From Bugula neritina (lineage: Eukaryota > Animalia > Bryozoa): a stretch of DNA of 64,000 bases. The notes below the pieces were generated by a model. It was given only the letters and a program-made list of their open reading frames with translations. It had not been told where the DNA came from and searched no databases. The stretch is taken from NCBI GenBank assembly GCA_964035545.1, contig OZ037766.1:30370773-30434772 (forward strand). The letters run 5' to 3'. This document shows positions 1 to 11,177 of this stretch, one piece after another. The first letter of the stretch is position 1. Each line of letters starts with the position of its first letter. The translations under genes and the position numbers were made by a program.

Positions 1-163
1 CTATAGCTGACCAGATCTATGTTCTTGTTAGTAGAGTTATTTCTTCTTATAGCTGTCTTATGTGTATACAGTGTTTTATACTATGATATTTTTTTTCCTT
101 ATTATCATCATTTTATTATTACATATTATTATCAGAAAGTGGGCTTTCTGGTGGAAGGGGCAG

Positions 164-494
164 TGTGGTGGTCTTGGCTAATATAATAATGATGCGTGTT
201 GTCTCCTCTTTGATTGGGGAATACTCCAGTAACGTGCCCGATGGGCTGAGGGTCATGTTGGACTGTCCAATGAGAAGGACTCGGGGTCAGATAGGCAACC
301 AGTGGAAGTTCCCGCGGATAGTGGGTTGTTGTGAGCGAGGACTCGTATTGAATACACGCTTTGTATAGCTATTGTATAACCATAAATAAGAGCAATGTTT
401 ATTGTTGTATTTAACTTGAATAATAAAGTGTTTATTATCCGGCTACTACCAGGAGTAATTGATTAGCTAGAGCTAATATACTAACTTATGCACA
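164..494 (+). mobile_element. 3' LTR of a Ty3/Gypsy element whose body lies left of the window
   Basis: TGTGGTGG...TGCACA termini, AATAAA near 422, preceded by a polypurine tract (GGTGGAAGGGG, ~150-160) and a hairpin AGAAAG-tggg-CTTTCT. Shares GGGAATACT and GTTCCCG..GTTGTTG blocks with the LTRs at 1684 and 11305. Confidence 0.75.
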
Positions 495-824
495 ATAGAC
501 CCAGCGAGCTAGTAATTGCAAAAATTACAACAATAACATAACAATTCTAAACATATCAGTATGATAATAATGTTTATCAATGAGTATGACTGTATATCGT
601 ATACTGAATAAATATTGAACTTGAAGTAATTAACTGAAATATTTTTTTTAAATTTTTAGCAAATCGTCCCATTGACATTACACTTATGTTAATGTTTACC
701 CAACTCTAAAGAGGTTCAAGTTAAAGCTTCAGGTCACTGTTCTCATAGCTAGCAGCATGAGTGTATCTTGTACTGATAAAAATTTAGCATTTTTAGCTAC
801 TCAATAACTGCTCAGTAACTTACT

Positions 825-1097
825 TGTAATGTTTGTATCTGTTTACTAAAGCTATGTTTATATTATCTCATGACTTATACCTGCTAGTAGCCTTATATTA
901 TGGAATGTTATAGCGAGACAATTATGCTGTCAAAGTAATTATGTTGTGGTTTTCAAAGTGCTATGTAACTGTTGTGACATACTGTTTGTTTATCAAGGAA
1001 TCAGTTAGTTTTGAGATTTGATAGAATAAAGTGTGGTGACAGTAAGAAAGTTGGTAGTAATTTATTGCAGTAATTATCTATACAACACAACATTACG
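825..1097 (+). mobile_element. probable degenerate solo LTR abutting the REXO2-like exon
   Basis: Terminal inverted repeat TGTAATGTT...AACATTAC(G), AATAAA at ~1025, 273 bp. No clear TSD. Confidence 0.45.
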
Positions 1098-1683
1098 AAT
1101 CCACCAGGATGATGCCTTAATGGAGGCAATGGGCCCCTGGTGCATTGAGCACCACGGGGCGTCTGGTCTGACCTAGGCCGTTAAAGATAGTAATATCACT
1201 TAGGCTATGGCAGAAGAGCAAGTATTAAGCTTCGTCAGGAAATATTCTGATAAGGGTTAGTAGTGTTCGGTTATCGTGCCCGCCCAATATGTGATAAGCC
1301 TATGATCTTCAAAAGTCAAGTCAGGCAATAATCACTCCTCATAGTGTACCACTGTCTGCCTTGCCAACCTAATGTATGCAGATTAGCTACTTGGTGGAGT
1401 TGGCCAGGGTATAGAAATGTGCAAACATGTACTGTCATCTATACCTTCTATATCTATATCTTCTTGTCATATTTTTAAATGATGTGCACACAGAAACTTT
1501 CGGGCAATTTTTAATTTTTTAAAGGAAATTAGCTGTTAAATTTAGCTGGCCTAAGCTACTTGACATACTGCTGCAGGTGCATGTGTAAAGATAAATATAT
1601 GATTTTGTATTTTTGTCATTTGTATAAGGAAAACGATTGAATTGTATTGACAGGTAAATGCGCTCTAGCAGGTAACTCCATGG

Positions 1684-2017
1684 TGTAATGGGATTACGTA
1701 GTATAATAATGGATTCGTCCCCTCCTGTATGGGAATACTTATAACTATGTTTTACTATCCAATCAGAAGGACCGGAAGGCAAGGTTCCGGTCAAGTGACT
1801 GTTCGCGGGTTAGCTAGCAGAAACCATGTGTTGTTGAGAACAGTAGTAAGACGTGTTATAATTGATTGATGTATTGTGGTTTTGACATACTGTTATAATT
1901 ATGTTTATCGAGTTAAATAAAAGTTATCGTAAGCAAGCTCTGTTAGTAATTGCTAGTTAAATTGAAACTAAATACGCAGGCAATCCACGCTTGATAATTG
2001 TGCTAAAACTCACAACA
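1684..2017 (+). repeat. 5' LTR, family A
   Basis: TGTAAT...CACAACA, AATAAA ~1916, directly followed by the PBS; homologous to the solo LTR at 11305-11660. Confidence 0.85.
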
Positions 2018-2018
2018 G

Positions 2019-2037
2019 TGGTGGCAGCAGTGGGATT
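2019..2037 (+). promoter_or_regulatory. primer binding site, tRNA-Leu type
   Basis: TGGTGGCAGCAGTGGGATT, one base after the LTR end; one mismatch to the complement of a typical eukaryotic tRNA-Leu 3' end (TGGTGGCAGCGGTGGGATT). Confidence 0.8.
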
Positions 2038-2051
2038 GCGCGTATTTCAAG

Positions 2052-2981
2052 ATGACAGAAAGAGGCACGGAGCTACCCCTTCGGAGGAATGAAGGTGAGG
2101 AAGATAACATTGCTATACCTATAGAGCCAGAAGTGCGAGTACATAAGGAATGTTACGAAGAGAAGTACCGGCTGAGGGTACCCACCTTCTCAGGTGAGGA
2201 GCCGGTGGAGCAATTCGTTCAGGAATTCCAAGATGTAATGGAGGTTGCACAATGGCCACCTAGAATAGCATTGCTCAAGCTCAGAATGGCACTGTCAGAC
2301 AAAGCCAAGCCGTACGGAGTGGGACCAGACATTGACGGCATCTTTGCTTCCCTGCGGGCCGGTTTTGGTATCTCCGCTGTGGATGCGCGGGCCCGTCTTC
2401 AAAGACTACGGCGTGATCCTCACACGCCGCTACAAGAGCACGCTACCACGGTTACGAGACTGGCACAGATTGCGTTCCGCGATCTGCCGCAAGTAAACCG
2501 TGAGAGGTATACCTATGATGCCTTCGTGCAGTCCATCAACGACTTGGGACTCCATCACCAACTCTTGGCGAGGGGAGTCACCACGGTCGAAGGTGCGCTG
2601 GCAGAAGGGGAGGCTTACCTCCTGGCCAGCCAGCTGCACCGGAGCCGTGTGACTTCTCGTCAGGTGGACATGGAGCCCTCCGCTGCTCTTACCGCTTCTC
2701 ACGCGGAAACTCCAGCGGTGGCCAAGGTGACGCAGATGACGGTGGCATCACAGGTTGCTCAAATGACCGACATGCTAGCCGAACTGGTCTCCACCTTGGA
2801 GAGCCAGCTAGGCACTACCCGTGAGCTTGACGGGCCACCGGTGCAGTCGCCTGGTAGAGGACACCCCTCCTGCTGGGGGTGCGGAAGACCGGGACACTTC
2901 CAGAAACACTGTCCCCGACTTCAACCAGGGTTAAACTACGACGGCCCGCGGATGCTCCCACGTCCGGCGGGCCGCTGTTAA
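2052..2981 (+). CDS. gag: Gag-like protein of element A (309 aa, CCHC zinc knuckle)
   Basis: Open ORF right after the PBS; PTFSG capsid-like motif; CWGCGRPGHFQKHC knuckle followed by a G-TTA-AAC heptamer at 2930-2936. Confidence 0.85.
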   Translation: MTERGTELPLRRNEGEEDNIAIPIEPEVRVHKECYEEKYRLRVPTFSGEEPVEQFVQEFQDVMEVAQWPPRIALLKLRMALSDKAKPYGVGPDIDGIFASLRAGFGISAVDARARLQRLRRDPHTPLQEHATTVTRLAQIAFRDLPQVNRERYTYDAFVQSINDLGLHHQLLARGVTTVEGALAEGEAYLLASQLHRSRVTSRQVDMEPSAALTASHAETPAVAKVTQMTVASQVAQMTDMLAELVSTLESQLGTTRELDGPPVQSPGRGHPSCWGCGRPGHFQKHCPRLQPGLNYDGPRMLPRPAGRC

Positions 2982-3958
2982 AACCCCAAGGGAGGACACA
3001 GTGGCGTCCGCCACGCCGGACACCCGTCCGGGACCTCGCGGAACGGCCACCAGGACGGCAAGCAGGCTGTACAAGCCGCTCGCCGCCGGTGTTCTCAATG
3101 CCACCCCGTAACAGGTTTGACAAACGACGGACCGCAGAGTCTGCGAGGAAAGGTGCCCAAACGCAGCAAGGCGCGGCGCCACCCCCTCGACAGCTGGTCT
3201 CGAGTCGTCGTCAAGAACCTAACCCCTCCGCCAAAGCGAGGGAGATGAGGTCACCCAAGATACCACTACATCCCCACGAGAGCAGCCTGTTTCTACCAGG
3301 ACAGATAGCCGGCAAACCTGCCAGATATTTGTTGGACACGGGCTGTACCTTATGGCGACTTGCCTGCCGATAGTCGGCAGAGCTTGGCACTGGATGCATT
3401 CCTTCAGTCTATCAATAACCTAGTCTAGCCGACGAGCCGACTAGCTTGACCACAAGCTTGGTTCGCGAGCTGCTAGCCGAGATCAGGCAACTACGCCAAC
3501 AGTCGACAACCGAGCGACCCACGGGGTCGCCGGCAGCTGTCGCCGGCAGCTGTCGACGACAGGCGGGGCCCCGTATGTTGGGGTTGTGGTAGTGGTGGGC
3601 ACTTCAGACGAAGTTGCCCTTGCGGCAGAGGGAGGCAGTTAAACAGGAACAGCCCACGGTAGACTCCACCAACCGTGGGCCTCGGTTTAATCCTCCAAGG
3701 CCAAGGCCAAGGCCCAAACCCAATCGGGTGAGGAGGCCGCCTTCGCCATGGTGGCAAGCCCCAAGGAAAGTTAGCAGGCCGCAAGGCCCGCCAAAACCTC
3801 CAGCTTAGATACTCAAAAACCGCTTTGATGGTTTGCCTGATGAGGGGGTGTACGACGAATGGTAGCGAGACAGGGACTACCCTCGGTTGCCCACACGAGC
3901 GCAGGACCGAGCATTCACTCGGCCGCCCGTGTGTGAGCAAGACTGAGATGTAACCTGC

Positions 3959-6900
3959 TTGCCCACGAGATGTCGACGACCCCCTCGCAACCGAAAAGCA
4001 CAGGTGCATTCCCAACTCCATGCACATGAGGTGTCACCTCAAGAGACGAGCCGCTCAGTGAGCGCCCAGCCATATGGGAGCAGCTATTTCCTCCCCGGTA
4101 AACTTGCCGGAAAAGCTGCCACCTTCCTTTTGGACACTGGGTGTACCACAAATCTTCTGAGCCGGCGTCTGTTTGACACACTCAGTGCTAGGGACCGGGC
4201 TAACCTGGAACCATATGAAGGGGAGCACGGCACGTTGGCGGACGGGTCGTGTATTCCTTTCTATGGGGTAATAAAGTTGACTGGTAGAGTCCGTGATCAG
4301 GTGATTAGCGAGACCTTCATCGTCAGTCAGCTCAAGGACGATGCCATCTTGGGCATGCCATTTCTGAAGCAGAACAGGTGGTACATTGACTTCAATAAGT
4401 CGGCGGTGATGATGGCCGGGCGTGAGCTGGCCTGTGTCGACCGATTTGGCCGGTCCTTGGTGGGGGAGTGCAGGTGGTACAGCACTGTACTGTACCTGGG
4501 CGCTCTCGGGCTACAGTTCGCTGCAGAGTGAACTGTAGGGAACACTCCGAGTTAGGAGTGGTGGAAGGTGCACTGGGGGGTGTCCAGCTCGCTAACAGTC
4601 TGAATAGACTGGTTGAGTGGGGGGAGTTCCTGCTCCAGTGTGTGAATCCTTTCACGGAGCCGGTAGAATTGTCGGCTGGGTCCCTAGTGGGGAAGTTCCA
4701 CTCCGTGCAGGGGGAGGATGTCGGACCAGCCCTGGAAACAGCGGACGGGGGCCGACGGGTTTCATTAGGGACGGCGGGGGGCCGGTTCCTGAACACTTGG
4801 TAGATTTGTATGGGGATGCCTGTGATGGCTGTGAGAGTAAGCGGGAACGCCTGGTAGTGGCGCAGCTACTCTCTGAGTACAAGGATGTGTTCAGTTGCAG
4901 CGATCATGATATGGGCCTGGCGAAGGCTGTCTGTCATGAAATACCCCTGGCGGCTGGGACGGTGCATATTAGGCAGCCGACCCGTCGGTTAGGTCCTGAG
5001 AAGGAAAAGGAAATGAGCCGACAGGTGCGAGACCTTCTGAACCGAGATCTGATTGAGCCAGCCCATGGTGCTTGGAGCTCTCCAGTTGTCCTGGTTCGGG
5101 AAAAGGATGGGAGCTGGAGGTTTTGTGTGGATTATCGCAAACTGAACAGCGTGACCATCCAGGACGCTTACCCTCTTCCTAGGATCGATGAGTCGCTTGA
5201 TGCCTTAGCTGGTAGCAAGTTTTTCAGTACGTTAGACTTGCTAAGCGGGTATTGGCAGGTGCCCTTGAGTCCTGATGCACAGGACAACGCTGCGTTTGTT
5301 ACACGGGATGGGCTCTGGAAATGGAAGGTGTTGCCATTTGGACTTACGTCTGCGCCGGCCACCTTCCAGCGACTCATGGAGCAGGTCCTGAGTGGGTTAC
5401 ACTAGAAGACCTTGCTCATCTATCTCGATGATGTCTTTGTCATCTCCCCCGACTTCGACACTCATGTCAGTCGGCTCAGAGAGGTGTTTGACAGACTTCG
5501 AGCTGTTGGTCTGAAGCTCAAGCCCTCTAAGTGTTCATTATTGCAACAAGAGGTTAAGTACCTGGGCCATGTAGTTGGTCGAGACGGGGTCGCCACCGAC
5601 CCCGAGAAGGTACGGGCTGTGAGGGACTGGGCTGTCCCTGTCAACCTCCCTGAATTGCGGGCATTCCTGGGGCTGGTAGGGTACTATCGTTAGCACATAC
5701 CGGACTTCGCAGGAATTGTGCAGCCGCTAAATCGGCTGACAGCAAAGGGGGTGCGACGGCAGTGGACGCAGACGGAAAAGCAGGCATTCGACCACCTCAA
5801 GGATCGCTTGGTAGAGGCGCCCACCTTGGCGTACCCTGATCCGGCGAAAGAGTACATTTTGGATACCGATGCCAGTAACCATAATGTGGGGGCTGTGCTG
5901 TCGCAGGTCTAAGATGGCCGTGAGGTGGTGGTAGCTTACTATAGTAAAGCTCTGTCGGCGCCTGAGAAGAACTACTGTACCACCAGGAGAGAGCTCCTGG
6001 CAGTAATCAAGACGGTGAAACACTTTAGAGCATACCTGTACAGACGCACGTTCAGATTACGAACGGATCACGCGTCTTTGATATGGCTGTGTCGACGGGC
6101 TGAACCATCAAGCCAAGTAGCGCGCTAGCTCGAAATCCTGACAGAGTTTTCTTATCGGATCGAACACCGTCCCGGTAAGAAACACGGTAATGCCGATGAA
6201 CTGAGCCGACATCAGGCAGATGGGTGTAAGCAATGCCAGAATATCAAGCGTAGAGATGGTGGACCCCCTCGCTCGGGCGTTGAAGAATAGGGGGAGAAAG
6301 CAGGTATATACAGCTGGGAGGAAGGACAACTTCGGTCTGAACCCCCGGGTAAAGCTGTCAATAACCTTCATGCAAACCCCACGCTGCTCAGGAACGTCAG
6401 GGAGCTGTGTCGGCTCCAAGCTACGCTACCAGGGGTAGTAGCTGACCTAGTCCGGGCCAAGAAGGAGGGACGGCGGCCTAGTGAGGCCGAACAACGGATG
6501 AAGAGTGCAGAGTTTAAATATTTCTGCGACCGCTGGGACTCCCTCCGGTTTAATAGCGATGGGTTGTTAACAATAACGTTAGCAACCGGCACCAATCGCC
6601 GTGAACGAAGGAGGGTAGTCTGTCCGTTTGCTCTGAGGCGGGAGTTGATCTTGGACACACATAAGCAGGCCCATGCAGGAGCTGGGCGGGTGACTAGGTG
6701 TCTTCAACTCTAGTGGTTTTGGCCAGGTATGACCCGGGATGTCCGACTCCGGGTGCGGAAGTGTGAGGTATGCTAAGCTAGTAAGCATGGCCGCTCCACG
6801 GAGACCGCAGGGAGGCGCCATCTCCATGCTGGTCGTCCGTGGCAGGTAGTTGCCGTAGATCTGGTAAGCCCCATGCCCACGACAGTGAGGCGTAATAACT

Positions 6901-7700
6901 GGATACTGGTGTTAACTGACCATTTCACGCGGTGGGCTGATGCGCTGACTATTCCAGACGCGTCGGCCCCCACGGTGGCCAGAGCCTTGGATCAGCAGGT
7001 GTTCTGTTATTTCGGCTTGCCGGAACAAATACACTCTGATCAGGGCGCCCAGTTTCAGTCGTTACTTATGAGTGATCTCTGTAAAACGTGGGGGGTAAAC
7101 CAGAGTCGGGCGACCCTGTATCACCCGCAAGGGAATGAGGTTGTGGAGCGGAACAACAGGATGCTAGGGGATTCACTGAGAAGCCTGCTTATCGGTAGGA
7201 GCCAGGAAGAGTGGGACTTGGTGCTGCCACAAATAATGCGAGCTTACCGTAGTACCCCTTACTCCAGTACAATGGAGACCCCTTATTTTCTCATGCTGGG
7301 GAGAGAAACATGGGGTTCCTGAGCACGTAACCTACCATGTTCCAGCTCCAGAGAGCAGCGTCCACGATTACGTGGACGAGCTCGTGAAACGCATGAGGAC
7401 GGCTCACGAGGTGCTACGTGAGCAGCAGTGGCAGGTCAGGAGTGGTGACCCTGACGACTCCACCCCCTTGTTTAAGGTGAGAGACTGGGTCTGGATGACT
7501 AGTCATCGCCGGCGGCGCGGAAAGGCAGCTAAGTTACAGCCGAAGTTCGTGGGTCCTTTTTGCGTGATTGAGGTGATGTCAAATCACACGTATAAGGTGG
7601 AACAGTCTGGACAAGTGTCGATCCAGAACGAGGCACGGTTAAAACCATACTGGGTGAGCCCTGACGTAGCAGGATAGGCCCCTCCGCTCTTAGAGCCTGC
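3959..7700 (+). pseudogene. pol: pol (protease, RT, RNase H, integrase), broken by frameshifts and stops
   Basis: FLLDTGCT (PR); WRFCVDYRKLN, LPFGL, YLDD (RT); ILDTDAS, NYCTTRRELLA, RTDH (RH); LTDHFTRW, IHSDQG, VERNNR (IN); KFVGPF (GPY/F). Split over about 10 ORF fragments. Confidence 0.93.
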
Positions 7701-8945
7701 ACGACACCCTCCCATGGGGGGGCAAGGCATGGCATATAAAGAAATAGAGGAGGTGCTGCCTGATCAGGAGAGAGCGGCCGACGCGCCGACCGACCCGCCC
7801 CGGCCGCCCCCACCCCAGGAGAAGGCGGCCGACACACCGGAAGACCGGTCTGAGCCGGCCCCACCACCAGTGGAGCCGGCCAACATGCCTGTCGTCCCGG
7901 ATGAGATGGTAATTCCTCGAATTCATGAGGAAGAGGCAGCTAGGGAGGAACCACACGTGCTGGTGGATCTCCCCGTACTGGCAACACCACCCATGGTGGT
8001 AGAGTCACCAGTAGCAACAAACCCCCGGTACAGTTAGAGTGTAGTCAACGTACGAGGGCGCCTCCATCTTATTTGAAAGATTTCTTGTGTGATGCAGTGA
8101 AAAAACATCCATCAGCTATCATAAAAGAAATCTGGGGGGATAAGCAGTTGAGAGTTGCAATGCCTAGATACAAGGAAACGCAACTGTGAATTGCATGCTC
8201 GATGGTGTACATTTATATTATAATAACACCAATGAGGATACAACAGCAATTGAGAGTTATGATCCCGAGGTGCGAGAGAACACAACTGCGAATTGCATAC
8301 TCAGTGACGTACATATGTTATAATAACGCCACCGGGGGCATAAAAAAGAGCGAAGCCAGCTCGCTAGTGGAAGGGGGATTATGTAATCATTTTCACTGTG
8401 AAGAGCGTTCTTTCCAATGTTAACTGTTGCAGTGCGAGCACGCACTTGACAGGCTGGCAAATAATACAAGCCTAAGTGAACAGTGGACTGGCGTCATGAC
8501 TGTCTTATGGTAAGTCTCTAGCATAATTCTATTATCCAAGTGGAATTCCATCTAGTAGCATAAAATCAGTCTCGCTTTATCATAACGATAAAGTTGGTTT
8601 TCTGAGTCAGATGATCTCACTGACGACGTGGAGTAAGACAGTGGCCCGTATGATTTAGATAGTCAGTGGGTTGATAGACTGTGTAACTTGGTCGTTGGTG
8701 TCGTACTGACCGGGTGGAAACCCCCACAACAGATTCTGGTATTCTATTGCAGGTGAGACTTTAATGAAGAGCGGGCACTTCCTTCTCCTGGCACCACCGT
8801 CACGCAGTCACCTCTCATTCTCTTCCTGCCGTCGTTTTTCACTGGATTCGTGCTGAGAGTGTTTCGCTGGATTCTTGGAAAGTCATCACAGCGGATCGGG
8901 TGGCTGTTGTGGCGGATGGTGCCCACCCTTCCACTCTAACAAGGG

Positions 8946-9080
8946 AGCTAAATCTCGATGTATGAGGACGAACCGTTAATACGTAATAATATTGGAAATG
9001 CTGCATGAATAATAGCTAAATCTCGATATATGAGGATGGACCATTAATACATAACAGTATCGAAAGTACTGCATGAATAA
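8946..9080. repeat. ~68-bp diverged tandem duplication in the 3' region of element B
   Basis: AGCTAAATCTCGAT.TATGAGGA....CTGCATGAATAA occurs twice head-to-tail. Confidence 0.85.
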
Positions 9081-9544
9081 TAAAAATAATAGTCTGAGGA
9101 AAGACGGACTCTATAACCCCCCCCTTCGCTTCCTCCCTTCTCTTCGTTGCTTTGGTCGACTAATTAGCATGGGCTGCCAGATCCAGATACTGTAATGCGA
9201 AGAAGGAAATGGTGACGGCCCGCTTTTGGAAATTCTTTTGCCATGCTTGGTTCTTCTGGGCCTGTCGGCGTCATCGAGACGCATGCTTAACTCGGACTGG
9301 ACGAGTGTCCATTCCATCTCTCTACATGGTTCACAGGGACTGTCGGCATAACCATGTAAGAAACAATAGCGTACCTGTATGATTACTTGTTCTTCGTAGA
9401 CTGTGTGTCATTAAATTATTATCATTAAACAAGTAGGATACTTATACTCGTAATATACTGTATATTATTTTATGATTGTACTGTTTATATTCTTTTCATT
9501 TTTGTATTAATCAATAGAGTGTGCCTTTCGATAGGTGCGGAGGG

Positions 9545-9933
9545 TGTAAAGGATTTTAGTAGGCTATTGTATTAGTTTGTTTATGTTATAACGAAAGGGT
9601 TAACTCTATGTCGGACTGCTACATGAGCATCATGTCGTCAGGATGGCACCACCGTGACAACCAATCAGGTGTAACTAGTAATTAGTAGTAAGCGGAGCTG
9701 TCAATGTATCGTGGAAGCATGTTAGACAGCTTCACCGGCAGAGAGGACTGGATTGCGTTAAAGTAAAGTTGTGTACTAATAGCTCTCTATGATGTAACAG
9801 TGTGTGTTATTTGTAGTCTCTTTTATTATTGTATAATTGGCATTAAATAAACTATTCAAATCATCAGAAACCTGGTGAAGTAGCTTTGTATGAGTTGACC
9901 CACTAATTATAGTGAACTGCAAAACTCACTACA
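9545..9933 (+). repeat. 3' LTR, family B
   Basis: TGTAAAGG...CACTACA, AATAAA ~9846. Homologous throughout to the minus-strand solo LTR at 11178-11949 and not to the interior of 1684-2017. Confidence 0.85.
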
Positions 9934-11177
9934 GTACATGCCAAAGTTTGTGGAACACCTTCACTACAGACTTATAGATGTCAGTATGTTGAAAGAGTTA
10001 GGCAAAAGATGGATGCCTGATGTGATGACCAAGGCACCTAAAAAAAGTGACAAACACAGAGCACTAGATGATATTTTAGAATTTAGACAGTATTGCTGAG
10101 CTTCGTTTTTCTAAGGAGGCAATGTTGATTTCTCACTAGGTACAGCGTTTTCTTAATGTTTATTGGTTCATTTGCCAAGGAAAACTTCTGCCTACTAGAT
10201 TTTACACCACCTGTTATAACGAACCCAGAGCAGATTAACTAGGCCTATAGGATCTAATGCTTTGTTTACCAGGTCAATCTTGACTATAAATTGTACCTAT
10301 AGCTTCCTTTACAAAATTAATAGAATCTTCCTCTTTGAAAAGTGCCCCAAGGGAAGAAAGTTTAGCTTGGAAACTATTAAAATTAAAAGGTTTGCATACA
10401 CAATAACCCAGATAGTGGTATATCAATTCTTTAAACCTACAGCTTCTAAATAAGTTACTTTCCCTGGTTTAATTCTAGTATTTTCCTGACTTGGCATTTG
10501 AATCAGCGCGGAAAAAAGAGTTTTGTAGACTCCGTAGTTAGAATGCTTTCAAGCACCCAAATGGTTGTTCCACTAGCACAACTAAACCACAATCTTTTTG
10601 CATTGATTTTACTTTTTTTGGCAGTTTTATCTTTTTATGGCAAAGATACCTTTTATTGCCGTTATAACGCTAAATTTGTAACATCAAACTTGGAGGAGGG
10701 TAGAAGAGGGTAAATTTAGCACAGCTGAGCAAACTTATGTTATATGTAAAGTCAAGAAAATTGGCTTTCATCAGCTCAAAGGTAGAGCTGGGTGTCTCGA
10801 AATTTAGTGAGCTATAATCTAAAGATATTTTTACAGCTGAAATTATCTACAACAAGCCTGTAAAATGTTTCCAACTATTCCATTGCAATTGGTCCAATTC
10901 ATAAATAAGCTGATATTTTGGAGACATTAAAGTAAAATTTTAATACGCCTAGTATTGGCCCATTTCTCACTTTATACTATACGAATTGTAATACTGTAGA
11001 ACTGTGCTTTTACTTTGGTGAAATTCTTCTGTAATATGTTGTAACTCTTTAGAAATTTTCAGTACAGTAAACCTAGAAGGTTTTTTTTTGTAATGCTAAC
11101 CAGGTGATTTTAACCTTGTATTTTTGTTGAAATTTCATAAATGCAATCTCTATTCTAGTGGTACAAACACCTAATAG

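Larger units (their letters stand above)
1684..9933 (+). mobile_element. composite, degenerate Ty3/Gypsy LTR retrotransposon (element A 1684-8387 joined to the 3' end of element B 8388-9933)
   Basis: 5' LTR 1684-2017, PBS, gag, PR-RT-RNaseH-IN order, PPT at ~8369-8378, then a second PPT-like tract and a different LTR at 9545-9933. Flanks ATGG and GTAC do not form a TSD. Confidence 0.9.
1099..10130 (+). pseudogene. REXO2: oligoribonuclease (REXO2/Orn-like DEDDh exonuclease) pseudogene disrupted by LTR insertions
   Basis: Exon 1099-1255 reads IHQDDALMEAMGPWCIEHHGASGLT*AVKDSNIT*AMAEEQVLSFVRKYSDK (2 stops). A phase-1 GT-AG intron leads to 1654-1683 GKCALAGNSM. Coding resumes at ~9935 [48 protein letters not shown], then a 7-nt insertion frameshift before DSIAELRF. 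Motifs match the oligoribonuclease family; the N-terminal DLEMTGL exon is not seen. Confidence 0.9.

Noticed and set aside
755-800. TDKNLAFLA as the missing upstream REXO2 exon
   Set aside because: Similarity is too short, and frame and splice context do not hold.
2430-7956. Many 60-180 aa minus-strand ORFs over element A, and plus-strand ORFs over the Mag-like element
   Set aside because: Shadow ORFs opposite gag-pol sequence with no recognisable motifs.
10203-10715. Possible pogo/Tigger-like MITE (GTTATAACG motifs), plus TACAGT..AACC fragments at ~11063 and ~51183
   Set aside because: No convincing paired TIRs or TA TSD could be delimited.
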